Part shown: positions 52,063-61,392 of the stretch, in pieces | Numbering within the stretch: the stretch's first letter is position 1 | Layout of the letters: the number at the start of each line of letters is the position of its first letter | Source: Promethearchaeia archaeon | GTDB taxonomy: Archaea; Asgardarchaeota; Lokiarchaeia; Sigyniarchaeales; SOKP01 | Direction of reading: 5' to 3' | Assembly (NCBI GenBank): GCA_046483985.1 | Contig: JAWOCD010000111.1 | Coordinates: forward strand, 13,521 to 77,520 | Length of the DNA: 64,000 nucleotides | Position numbers and translations under genes: made by a program | The notes under the pieces: model-generated | The model's database searches: none | The model's input: only the letters and a program-made list of their open reading frames with translations | Told to the model about the DNA's origin: nothing

Positions 52063-53544
52063 CTAAGATTTATTTCGGTAATTCCGATAAGTTCTAAGAT
52101 TAAGAACAATTAGACTGACGGCAATTCCATAGATACAAAACCAGAAAAAGAAATAGAAAGGCTTTTGTATGGACCACATCGGGGATTTCATCTCATGAAA
52201 CTTATGCGGTGTATTTGTCTTCACCCACGTTACGCCCAGACACCATAGTTGGGAAAACCGTTCCACCGAATCGATGGTATAGACCATTACAGGAAAGCCT
52301 TCTTGGTAGAAATCTCGATATTCCTCATCCGAATATCCATCGCCTGTATTAACATAATCCCGATATGTCCAGATTTCAGTAACATTATTCGAATCAATGA
52401 GGGAGAGCCAAGATTGCGATGAAGTGGGAATCATAATATCCTCTAAATTGTCCATAAGATCAATAGTCATATTAAACAGAATTTCAGTAAAATTTGCATG
52501 ATAAGGGTGATCCTCTGGAGGTTTTCGTGTGTCAAAATCCAGGTTTAAATCACATTCTCTGGTAACATTAAGGACCTCTTCAAAGCTGGGAATTTTAGCG
52601 GTCTTATACTCTTCCACTTGCTCAGGCTCAATTTTTCCGGAAGAAAGGGTGCCATAGGGATCTTTGTCAACAAACCACGATCCCGCATTTAATTGTTGTA
52701 ATTCTTCCCACGTAAAAGAATCCGCTCCCTCGTTGCACCGATCTGGAAAAACTTCTTCCACATTAGTCGTTCTCTTGAGAGTGTCATCGTGCATCAGAAA
52801 TGGAACACCATCTCGGCTAATGGCGATGTCAACTTCCCAGCCAACTATGTTATAATTAAGTGCTGTCTCAACCGCTTCAATTGTATTTTCGGGACCTAAA
52901 GCGGCCCCGCCTCGGTGAGCCACAATATCGGGTTTCTCGGGCAGTGGATAATTAATTACATTCGCGGGCATATAAAGCAAGGGGTAAACCCACGTGAGAA
53001 CAAACAAACCGATCAATAGAGCAACCGTTGCTTTTCGGAGGGTAAAACGAGCAATTCTTTTTTCATATATTTCAATAAACCTATTTTTATATTTTTTAAC
53101 CAGAATTGTAAAAACAGCCAAAGGGATAAGAATAAGTGAAGGATAAAAAAAAATACTATAAAATTGAAACATAATATAAATGTGCTTAGAATAGGACTCG
53201 ATCAAAAATAGTAGAACAACGCCCAGAATGCTAAAAAAAACCAAAAGAGATAAAGATATAACTTTATGTATCCACGAGATGGTAATTTTCTTGTCATTTA
53301 CTATTTTGTGCAAATGGCGGAAGATTAAGTAGTTAGAATAGCACAAGGGAATCACAAAAATAATATAGAAAATAAGGACTAAGTTTATGTCACAATCCAA
53401 ATAGTTTGAAACCAAGAGATTTATATCCCCGTAATAACTTCGAAATTGAAAAAAAATGATGAGTACAGTCGACAAGAGAGAGCATAAAAACAAATAAATA
53501 AGGAACCAATGAAATTTGGTCTTTTTCAAGAAATTTGGCGTCAT
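52063..53544 (-). CDS. Membrane-bound glycerophosphodiester phosphodiesterase
   Basis: N-terminal TMs, VAHRGG..PENT, EVDI, MHDDTLKRTTN, C-terminal TM. Confidence 0.9.
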   Translation of the reverse strand: MTPNFLKKTKFHWFLIYLFLCSLLSTVLIIFFQFRSYYGDINLLVSNYLDCDINLVLIFYIIFVIPLCYSNYLIFRHLHKIVNDKKITISWIHKVISLSLLVFFSILGVVLLFLIESYSKHIYIMFQFYSIFFYPSLILIPLAVFTILVKKYKNRFIEIYEKRIARFTLRKATVALLIGLFVLTWVYPLLYMPANVINYPLPEKPDIVAHRGGAALGPENTIEAVETALNYNIVGWEVDIAISRDGVPFLMHDDTLKRTTNVEEVFPDRCNEGADSFTWEELQQLNAGSWFVDKDPYGTLSSGKIEPEQVEEYKTAKIPSFEEVLNVTRECDLNLDFDTRKPPEDHPYHANFTEILFNMTIDLMDNLEDIMIPTSSQSWLSLIDSNNVTEIWTYRDYVNTGDGYSDEEYRDFYQEGFPVMVYTIDSVERFSQLWCLGVTWVKTNTPHKFHEMKSPMWSIQKPFYFFFWFCIYGIAVSLIVLNLRTYRNYRNKS

Positions 53545-53740
53545 TTTAATATATACTAATTATAATTACAAAGTATATTAATGCTAAGGTATTAGTCCGA
53601 AGCATTATATAATTATAAGTTAGAATTGACCTATTTAAAAATATAGTTTTAAGATAACGGAAAGGCGACGAGGGAACTTTCTCCAAAGAAAACCCTTTTT
53701 CGAGGATATGCTAATGCGATGATATCCTTTTAAGTTTTTT

Positions 53741-54544
53741 CTAATAACTTGCGGGTGGCTCTTTAGTTAGAATATATTTATTTGCATATTTCCCAAAATT
53801 TCTGGTTCCCCCACCTTCCATGATTGTTCGAAATGCACTTTCCGAGTCTTTAAATTCCATCCCTGCTACTGCATCTAGGGCTAGTTCAAAAGCAACATCA
53901 GGTATCCATGATGAAGTTGGGCCAATGATGATTTTAAATATGGCATCTTTCGCAACTTCAAGTGGTTTTTCCACGGTATGTTCCACTACAGTGGACCCAG
54001 TCACAATTAGGATATCAATATCTTGTAAGTCATCTATGTCCCGTGTAATGATAAGTCCATCTTGCGGTTTTCCCGTGGATAATGAGGGATTATCATCCAC
54101 GATGATCAAGTTTGCAGATCTTTTCACTAAGAGCTTAACAAATGGGCGAATCCTTCCCACCATTCCCACTTTTCTGTCTTTTTGTAATGGTAAAAGTTTG
54201 AGGGTATCGAGATTATTATATTTGTTATATTCTTTGGGATTTTCTTGAATATAAAACTGACTCAATGCATTCATGGTTGCAATACCAATTCCTTTTTCGA
54301 TAAGATTGTCTGATTCTACATAATTGAGCAATTCACTCGCATCCATTCTACATAATTCTCCTGGGTTGGTAAAAACGTTACATTTTGAAGATTCACTTCT
54401 GGGACCGAAACATACTCCCAATATCTCTTCCAATAAGACCGCCAAATATTTGCGTCCAATAAGAACAGATGTTGTCTCTGGAAAATCTTTACCCTCCATT
54501 TTTTTTTCCAATACTACTTTAGTTTTTTTGATAAAATTTGACAT
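53741..54544 (-). CDS. DUF364 Rossmann-like protein
   Basis: GIATMNALS, KVGMVG, LIVTGSTVV, IIGPTS, EGGG. Confidence 0.85.
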   Translation of the reverse strand: MSNFIKKTKVVLEKKMEGKDFPETTSVLIGRKYLAVLLEEILGVCFGPRSESSKCNVFTNPGELCRMDASELLNYVESDNLIEKGIGIATMNALSQFYIQENPKEYNKYNNLDTLKLLPLQKDRKVGMVGRIRPFVKLLVKRSANLIIVDDNPSLSTGKPQDGLIITRDIDDLQDIDILIVTGSTVVEHTVEKPLEVAKDAIFKIIIGPTSSWIPDVAFELALDAVAGMEFKDSESAFRTIMEGGGTRNFGKYANKYILTKEPPASY

Positions 54545-54664
54545 TTTTTTAACCTCGTTCCTTACTTAGTTATTTAGGTTTCTTTCTATTTGACTTTTAT
54601 CGAAATAGCAGAGGCGACCATTTTACAAAGAAAAAAAGAAAAAAAGAAAAAGCCGGAACGGGTT

Positions 54665-55498
54665 TTAATATTCCCGCTTAAATCCGTTCATTAATAAAGT
54701 TACAGAAATTGCCAAGAGAGTAGGAATTATCGGTATAAAATACCAGTTCCCACTCTGGATTTCTCTGAAAATGTTTGCCGTCATAAAGATAGTGGCAATC
54801 CAGATTAAGATTCCTATAATAATGAAGAAACTTTTCTTCTTTAAGGAAGAGCCACTGGGAGCCTGGATTCCCATTTTTAAATATAAACCCAAGAGAAGGA
54901 GGATCGAAATGCCCATAACTAAAAGAATAAATATCCAACATCCGGTAAACACGTAGTACGGAATTGAGCCCTCCACGACCTTAATTCCGAATAGACTGTG
55001 CAAATTCACTTCCAGAATTCGTAAAATCAGAGGGAACGGAACCAGCACCCGGTTTAAATAGGTCATTACTGGCGTATTCCTCTTTAACATGAATTTCTCC
55101 AAGGGCTTCATCAAAAACGACAGGGATAACAAGAGGATTGTGATTACCACTAAGTAATAGTCACGGTTGATGAGGGACACTAGTTTGTAACCCAAAAGAT
55201 TTTGCCAAGACACTTGACCTTCCGAGGAAGTTAACGGTAAAAATAGACGCGTTCCCATATAAGTTCGATATACCAAGTCGGAAAGATATATGCCCTCCCC
55301 AATGGCAACACTGATAATAAATAACCCCAAACCGATAAAATATTCTCTCTGAGCAAATCCTTCCTCGAACTTGCGCCCGTCAATTATGAACTTTACACCA
55401 AATCCGATGATAATGAGTAACATGGTGTAGACACTAAGATACCCCATATTTTCATAAAAGAGGATTTCATCCATACCTAAAATTTCGAAAAATGTCAT
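54665..55498 (-). CDS. Seven-TM hypothetical membrane protein
   Basis: Seven hydrophobic segments, no soluble domain. Confidence 0.78.
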   Translation of the reverse strand: MTFFEILGMDEILFYENMGYLSVYTMLLIIIGFGVKFIIDGRKFEEGFAQREYFIGLGLFIISVAIGEGIYLSDLVYRTYMGTRLFLPLTSSEGQVSWQNLLGYKLVSLINRDYYLVVITILLLSLSFLMKPLEKFMLKRNTPVMTYLNRVLVPFPLILRILEVNLHSLFGIKVVEGSIPYYVFTGCWIFILLVMGISILLLLGLYLKMGIQAPSGSSLKKKSFFIIIGILIWIATIFMTANIFREIQSGNWYFIPIIPTLLAISVTLLMNGFKREY

Positions 55499-55609
55499 AT
55501 CTTTAATTTATTTCAAGAAGTATTAATAATTTATTTTAATTAAAAACAATCTCATAAAAAATATATAACATAAATTTCCTTTTAACTTTTTAATTCTGCT
55601 TAAAGATTT

Positions 55610-55946
55610 TTAGTATTTGATAACTGAAATTAATCCAACAAAGATTATATGGACGAAATATTCGGCTTGGCAGTGACCAATATCCCACGGGAATATCTTT
55701 TCTTTTGGAGTTTCAGCCTCATAATCATCCATGTCGTTGAGATCTTGATTCTGGCTGATTCTAACTCTCCTGGACGATATTGCCCAGATTTGCGCACGGT
55801 ACATCGCACGAGGCGGTTAAACTGATCTAATACTTGCACCTCACATTTTAAGGAATACCTTCCTCCAGATAAGATTGATTTTTAACCATTTACAGAAGGA
55901 ATTTCCTTAAGTTATTTGATTAAAGTTTTGGGGAGTTTGGGAACAT
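55610..55946 (-). pseudogene. Decayed gene with intact SD (MFPNSPK../LKEIPSVNG*KSILSGGRYSLKCEVQVLDQFNRLVRCTVRKSG..)
   Basis: GAGGTGA SD then ATG 55946; coding-like frames broken by stops and frameshifts. Confidence 0.45.
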
Positions 55947-56073
55947 TATTACTTCACCTCTAAAAATAAAGGATCACTAGGCGTTTGAAGTAGTTTAAGT
56001 GGAGTTAATTATATTATGATATCAAACTATTGGATTATAGGTTTTTTCCTTAACTTTCTTACGAATCGGTAAA

Positions 56074-56122
56074 GAAAATTTTTTTAATAAACCAACTTTT
56101 ACAAAAGTAAGTATAAATAACT
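56074..56122 (+). promoter_or_regulatory. Putative fwdFDBC promoter
   Basis: GAAAATTTTTTTAATAAA...TAAGTATAA. Confidence 0.5.
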
Positions 56123-56177
56123 TAAGAGTTATTTTACATTTAAATTTTATATTACTTAAAAACACATGTGTTAGAAT

Positions 56178-56882
56178 ATGTTTCCAAAGGTTAGAAGGAA
56201 AATATCAAAAGAAGAAGAATCGGTGAAAATTCAGTTTCTCAAGGAAGATTTTGAGCTTATTCTTGATAAAGATAAATGTGTTGGATGCGGAACATGCGCT
56301 CGTGTATGTCCTAAAGAGGCTATATCTCGTGGTCCAGTAGGCGCCGCGGAACGCTTTCCCAAAACTGAAGATATCATTCCCGAGGTTTATGATCCAAGTG
56401 CATGCGTCTTTTGTGGAACTTGTGTCTATATGTGTCCATTTAGTTCATTAAAGCTCAAAAAAAATGGCGAAGTGCTTGAATTAGAAGAGATTCCAATAGT
56501 AGAACAACATGCTGTTCCAAAACTAGAATTTGAAGCCAAGAAGCTTGATGATGGAAGAGTCGTGAAGCAATATGTTGAGGCGGAAGTAAGTATAGAACAT
56601 GAAGAATGTGCCCAAGGATGCAGTACTTGTGCTGAAGTTTGCCCATCTGGAGCAATAGAAATCGCAGAGCGACCAGAACATGGGTGGGAACAGAGTAAGG
56701 CTGTTGATATTGCTGATGAAGATGCTTGCGTAGGATGCGGAGCATGCACAAACGCCTGCCCTACCGGGGCCGTGCACCTCAAAATCACAGACATTAAAAG
56801 TTCTGGCGAATATAATGAGATCTTTTGGGATGAAATCACAAAAAAATTGAAATCATTCAAAGGGAGTGAAAAAGAGGAATAA
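56178..56882 (+). CDS. fwdF: FwdF-like polyferredoxin (4 clusters), paralog 2
   Basis: Four ferredoxin motifs; first gene of the fwdDBC operon. Confidence 0.85.
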   Translation: MFPKVRRKISKEEESVKIQFLKEDFELILDKDKCVGCGTCARVCPKEAISRGPVGAAERFPKTEDIIPEVYDPSACVFCGTCVYMCPFSSLKLKKNGEVLELEEIPIVEQHAVPKLEFEAKKLDDGRVVKQYVEAEVSIEHEECAQGCSTCAEVCPSGAIEIAERPEHGWEQSKAVDIADEDACVGCGACTNACPTGAVHLKITDIKSSGEYNEIFWDEITKKLKSFKGSEKEE

Positions 56883-56885
56883 AAG

Positions 56886-57281
56886 ATGAGTTTAGACAAT
56901 CTAATATTATTAACCGGACGAACAATCGATCAAGGTGTCGCCTTAGAAGGAAGTAAAACCAGCAGAGAGAATGTTCGCGCTGCAGCACTATGCATGTTTG
57001 ATAAAGAGGATTTTAAAAAACTTGATTGTCTTATTGGAACACCAGTAAAAGTTACAACTGATCATGGTGAGGTAGTGGTGTATTCCACAATCTCCGAAGA
57101 AGGACCTCATCCTGGTACAATATTTATGCCATTGGGACCATGGGCAAATCAAGTAGTTAATCCTGATTCACAATCATGTGGAACACCTACTTTTAAAGGG
57201 ATGAAAGCGAAAGTCGAGCCTGTTAAAGATGGAAAAGTGTTAAATGCATTACAACTTATTGGAAGATTAAAGGAGGCATAA
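56886..57281 (+). CDS. fwdD: Formylmethanofuran dehydrogenase subunit D
   Basis: LLTGRTIDQG, IFMPLGPWAN, GTPTFKG. Confidence 0.95.
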   Translation: MSLDNLILLTGRTIDQGVALEGSKTSRENVRAAALCMFDKEDFKKLDCLIGTPVKVTTDHGEVVVYSTISEEGPHPGTIFMPLGPWANQVVNPDSQSCGTPTFKGMKAKVEPVKDGKVLNALQLIGRLKEA

Positions 57282-57285
57282 AAAA

Positions 57286-58614
57286 ATGGTTGAAAGAAAA
57301 ATTAAAACAGTTTATGATGTAATATGCCCATTTTGCGGGACTTTATGTGATGATCTTGAAATAGATATTGATAAAACGAAAAACGAAGTGTTAGAAGTTC
57401 GTAATGGGTGTCAAATTGGCACTAAAAAGTTTTTCAGCTCCAACCCAAGTGAGCACAGATATGAGAAACCCTTAATCAAAGAAGATGGAGAATTTAAGGA
57501 GGTCTCTTGGAATGAGGCGATTGATAGAGCCGCCTCAATTCTTGCAGACACGAAGCGTCCCTTGTTATATGGCTTTTCCAGTACAGAATGTGAAGCGCAA
57601 GGTAAAGGAGTAGAGTTAGCGGAGACCTTAGGGGGGATTTTAGATAATACCGCCTCTGTATGTCACGGACCCACATTACTTGCTGAACAAGATGTCGGCG
57701 TACCAACCTCAACATTAGGAGAATATAAAAATAGGGCCGATTTGGTTGTATTTTGGGGAAGTAATCCCGTTCATGCACATCCTCGACATCTCGGGCGATA
57801 TAGTGAGTTTGTACGCGGATATTTCAAAAAAGATGGACGAAATGATCGTTATGTAGTGGTTGTTGACCCGCGAAATACACATACTGCTCAACTTGCCGAC
57901 TTATATATTCAGGTTAACCCAAACCAAGATTATGAATTATTTAATGCAATTCGAGCATTATTAAGAGGGGTTGATTTGGATGTAGAAGAAATTTCTGGGG
58001 TTCCCATTGACCAAGTGAAAGAGATGGCAGATATATTGAAATCTTGTAATTACGGGGTAATTTATTTCGGGATGGGGCTTACTCAATCACTTTCTCACCA
58101 CCGAAATATAGATGCTGCAGTATCATTAGTGAGGGAATTAAATGATCACACCAAGTTCCTAATTACTCCAATGAGAGGTCATTATAATGTGTCGGGAGCA
58201 AATACCGTGTTCACATGGAATACCGGTTATGCTTATTCCATTGATTTTTCACGGGGATATCCCCGATATAATCCGGGAGAGTTTTCAGCGGTAGGCACAT
58301 TAATTAGAGATGAAATTGATGCTTCGCTAATAGTTGCCTCAGACCCTGCAAGCAATTTTCCAAAGGAGTCAGTGATAAATATGTTTAAACATCCATTAAT
58401 CGCAATTGAACCTCATGAAACACCTACTTCTGCATATGCTGATATTGTTTTGCCTCCCGCGATTGCTGGGATTGAATGTGAAGGAACAGCCTACAGGATG
58501 GATCACGTCCCACTTCGACTTCGAAAGGTAAAAGAAGCACCTGGAGAATGTTTAACTGATTTTGAAATTTTAAATAGATTGCATAAAAAAGTTAAGGAGA
58601 AATTGGAGGGATAA
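57286..58614 (+). CDS. fwdB: Formylmethanofuran dehydrogenase subunit B (Cys ligand)
   Basis: CPFCGTLCDD, ASVCHGP, NPVHAHPRH, PMRGHYNV, GTAYRMD. Confidence 0.96.
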   Translation: MVERKIKTVYDVICPFCGTLCDDLEIDIDKTKNEVLEVRNGCQIGTKKFFSSNPSEHRYEKPLIKEDGEFKEVSWNEAIDRAASILADTKRPLLYGFSSTECEAQGKGVELAETLGGILDNTASVCHGPTLLAEQDVGVPTSTLGEYKNRADLVVFWGSNPVHAHPRHLGRYSEFVRGYFKKDGRNDRYVVVVDPRNTHTAQLADLYIQVNPNQDYELFNAIRALLRGVDLDVEEISGVPIDQVKEMADILKSCNYGVIYFGMGLTQSLSHHRNIDAAVSLVRELNDHTKFLITPMRGHYNVSGANTVFTWNTGYAYSIDFSRGYPRYNPGEFSAVGTLIRDEIDASLIVASDPASNFPKESVINMFKHPLIAIEPHETPTSAYADIVLPPAIAGIECEGTAYRMDHVPLRLRKVKEAPGECLTDFEILNRLHKKVKEKLEG

Positions 58615-58618
58615 AACG

Positions 58619-59431
58619 ATGGGAGAAATAAAACTCAAACTCAAAAAGGAACCTGAATTTCCGTTAGAGGCAGAGTGTATTACACCCGATAATTTTGCGG
58701 GAAACTCAATTGATGAAATTAAACAATTGAAAGTATTTCATGCAAATCAAGAATTGACATTGGGAGAGTTCTTTGAGGTATCAGGAGATAGTGAAGATGA
58801 GGCTGAGTCTATAAATATTATTGTAGAAGGCGATCTTTCAGACGTGAAGCGGATCGGAGAAAAAATGAGTACTGGTGAAATTGAAATAAATGGTGACGTC
58901 GGAATGCATGTGGGAAACCAGATGTCCGGCGGAAAAATCTTAGTTAACGGAAATGCTGATGATTGGGCTGGAGCGATGCTAAAAGGCGGAGAGTTAGAAA
59001 TCACCGGTAACGCGGGAAATTATGTTGGTGCCGCGTATCGAGGGTTTTGGAAAGGGATGGAAGATGGAGTAATAAAGGTAAAAGGAAAAATTGGGAATGA
59101 AGCGCTGTTATGGGCTCGGAGTTCTAAGGGTAAAGAGCAATTTCCAATGTTATACTGTGGAGGAGCAGATTCCTTTTTAGGTGCCCATAATCATGGAGGG
59201 ACAATTATCGTAGATGGTGATGTGAATCGATATACAGGTTCGGATCAAGCACGGGGAATTATTATAGTTAAAGGAAAAGTAAATAGAATGCTTCCGTCCT
59301 ATAAAAAAGCGGGCAAAGCAAAATCTGTTGAGCTGCCCAACGGCGAAAAAGTTAAGGGAAAATTCATAGAATATAGTGGAGATCACGCAACTAAAAAGGC
59401 CGCAAATGGAAGATTGTACGTAGCAAAATAA
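58619..59431 (+). CDS. fwdC: Formylmethanofuran dehydrogenase subunit C
   Basis: EAECITPD, GxxMxxG beta-helix repeats, GAAYRG. Confidence 0.95.
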   Translation: MGEIKLKLKKEPEFPLEAECITPDNFAGNSIDEIKQLKVFHANQELTLGEFFEVSGDSEDEAESINIIVEGDLSDVKRIGEKMSTGEIEINGDVGMHVGNQMSGGKILVNGNADDWAGAMLKGGELEITGNAGNYVGAAYRGFWKGMEDGVIKVKGKIGNEALLWARSSKGKEQFPMLYCGGADSFLGAHNHGGTIIVDGDVNRYTGSDQARGIIIVKGKVNRMLPSYKKAGKAKSVELPNGEKVKGKFIEYSGDHATKKAANGRLYVAK

Positions 59432-59525
59432 ACTTTTTTTATTCTATTTTTCTTTAAAGTTCAAAATTACCTATTATATCATTCATAGAACCTCATCCGA
59501 TTTAGTCAATTCTAATAAGTTCATT

Positions 59526-60374
59526 ATGATTATAGATTTAAAGCCAAAACGGGTACCGATACTAGGACATAAAGGGATGCGAAAGATTAAAAATGCAATT
59601 GAATCCCAAAAAAAAGAACATACAATTTCGCTTTCATTAAATTTAAATTTAAATACCGCTAAAGTTAAAATTTCCCCTCAAACTCGTTCTTTTACCTTGC
59701 CAAACGGGGAAACTCTAAATTTTCCACGTCAATTTGACCCACGAAAAAAAGTTTGCTACACAATTATGGATAACCAAGTTCATATGATGCAGACATTTGA
59801 CTCTAAAACGGACCTCTTCTATCAACTGGTGCCCACTAGCTATAGACCCATTTTAAAGATATCGGCAACCCCCATGCATAAAAAGCCGTTTTTAGATTAT
59901 TTGGAGAGGAAAAAATTAAGGGGAAAGATATTTGATGGAGGGACAGGATTAGGATATAGCGCTATAATTGCGAGCAGAACTGCCGATAATGTGATTACAA
60001 TTGAACGGGATCCCAATGTCTTAGATCTTGCACGGTATAATCCCCATTCGTATGACTTATTCACAAAACCGAATATAAAAATTATTCAAGCTGACATTAC
60101 AGAAGAAATTAAGAAACATCATTATGAAAAATTTGATAATCTTATTCAAGATGGCGGGATGGTAAACTCATCCGGCACCTTCTATTCTCAAGAACATGCT
60201 CATGAATTATTCCGAGTGTTAAAATGGAAGGGAAGACTCTACTTCTATTTGCCAAGGCATGGAATAAAAAAAGGACGTGATTTTGGGGCAGAGCAGATTT
60301 CACGCTTGAAAAAAGCGGGATTTACCCTCGTAAAACGATATAGAAAAAAATCATTTGCTGTGTTAGAAAAATGA
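59526..60374 (+). CDS. Predicted archaeal SAM-dependent methyltransferase (COG2521-like)
   Basis: LKISATPMH, DGGTGLGYSA, TIERDPNV, FYSQE..LFRVLK. Confidence 0.8.
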   Translation: MIIDLKPKRVPILGHKGMRKIKNAIESQKKEHTISLSLNLNLNTAKVKISPQTRSFTLPNGETLNFPRQFDPRKKVCYTIMDNQVHMMQTFDSKTDLFYQLVPTSYRPILKISATPMHKKPFLDYLERKKLRGKIFDGGTGLGYSAIIASRTADNVITIERDPNVLDLARYNPHSYDLFTKPNIKIIQADITEEIKKHHYEKFDNLIQDGGMVNSSGTFYSQEHAHELFRVLKWKGRLYFYLPRHGIKKGRDFGAEQISRLKKAGFTLVKRYRKKSFAVLEK

Positions 60375-60401
60375 GAATCCCTCCTAAAGGAAGGAGTTTT
60401 C
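60375..60401. mobile_element. Highly degenerate IS-end-like hairpin
   Basis: TCCCTCCTAAAGGAAGGAGTTTTC resembles 7318-7340. Confidence 0.35.
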
Positions 60402-60475
60402 TTTTGCTTTTTTGATAAATTATTTATGAGATAAGAGATATATAATAGCAACTATTTCTATTTTAATAAGTGATT

Positions 60476-61300
60476 ATGTCACAAATGTTTAAGCGGAAGG
60501 TAAAGATTACGCAAATTAAGAAAAATCAAAAGTGTGAAAAATCTGATACAGTTTTAATTGAAAAACCAATAAATTTATATCTTAATCAAGAACATTTGGT
60601 AAGTATAATTTGCTTACCCGAAAGTATAAAGGAACTTACCGTAGGATTTTTGTATTCCATTGGTCTTATTGATGATGTTACTGAAATAAAAAACATTAAG
60701 GTTAAAGATGATAAAATTTACAATGTTTTTGTAGATTTAACTAACGATGTTGCGATTTCTGATCAAAATCAAGAAATTCAATCCGTGGGAAGAGTAATTG
60801 AAACCACTTGTGGGATTACCTCTCCTTGGAGAGAGATTATAAAAAAAACTCTAAGCGGGAAAAAAGAAGAATTGGGTAAATACCAGTCAAACATTAAAAG
60901 TGAAACGATTTTTGAATCACTAAAACAACTCCAAACCGATACTACTTTATTTCGAGAAACGGGAGGATGTCATGGCGCTGCACTGTTTGATTATGAGGGA
61001 AACTTGCTCTCATTAAAAGAGGATATCGGTCGCCATAATGCAATTGATAAAGTTCTCGGTTCACACTTATTAACGACAAAAAAATCAGACTTTAATCATC
61101 TCTTTTTAGCGTCAACGGGTAGGCTTACAGGCGATTCGGTTTTAAAGGCAATCCGTGCGGGATTTGAGATTATGGCATCTTTATCGGCTGCGATTGATTC
61201 TGGAATTAAATTGGCATATAATTACAACCTCACTCTTATTGGATTTGCTCGTGGAAGCCGGATGAATATCTATACTCACCCCGACCGTATAATCATATGA
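60476..61300 (+). CDS. fdhD: Formate dehydrogenase accessory sulfurtransferase
   Basis: EKPI, TTCG, FRETGGCHGAAL, EDIGRHNAIDK, STGRL, GFARG. Confidence 0.93.
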   Translation: MSQMFKRKVKITQIKKNQKCEKSDTVLIEKPINLYLNQEHLVSIICLPESIKELTVGFLYSIGLIDDVTEIKNIKVKDDKIYNVFVDLTNDVAISDQNQEIQSVGRVIETTCGITSPWREIIKKTLSGKKEELGKYQSNIKSETIFESLKQLQTDTTLFRETGGCHGAALFDYEGNLLSLKEDIGRHNAIDKVLGSHLLTTKKSDFNHLFLASTGRLTGDSVLKAIRAGFEIMASLSAAIDSGIKLAYNYNLTLIGFARGSRMNIYTHPDRIII

Positions 61301-61311
61301 TTTCATTTCCG

Positions 61312-61343
61312 TTGAACTATTCACGCCTAAAGGTATGTGGAAA
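61312..61343 (-). mobile_element. Degenerate IS200/IS605-type right end (family B)
   Basis: TTGAACTATTCACGCCTAAAGG matches the 9829 and 44816 termini; 11 nt after the fdhD stop. Confidence 0.6.
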
Positions 61344-61392
61344 TTTATAAAATGGAACTTTAGATGACAAAATAAAAATTTTATTCATAAAA

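Noticed and set aside
53820-54248. Long antisense ORFs (also 16282-16686, 56426-56899 and many shorter ones) and same-strand alternate-frame ORFs such as 32961-33365
   Set aside because: Shadow frames overlapping well-supported genes, with no motifs
31799-58614. Selenocysteine recoding in hdrA, mvhD or fwdB
   Set aside because: All have Cys at the usual Sec positions (DCSACI, CCNWC/CHPGDC, VCHGP) and no in-frame TGA
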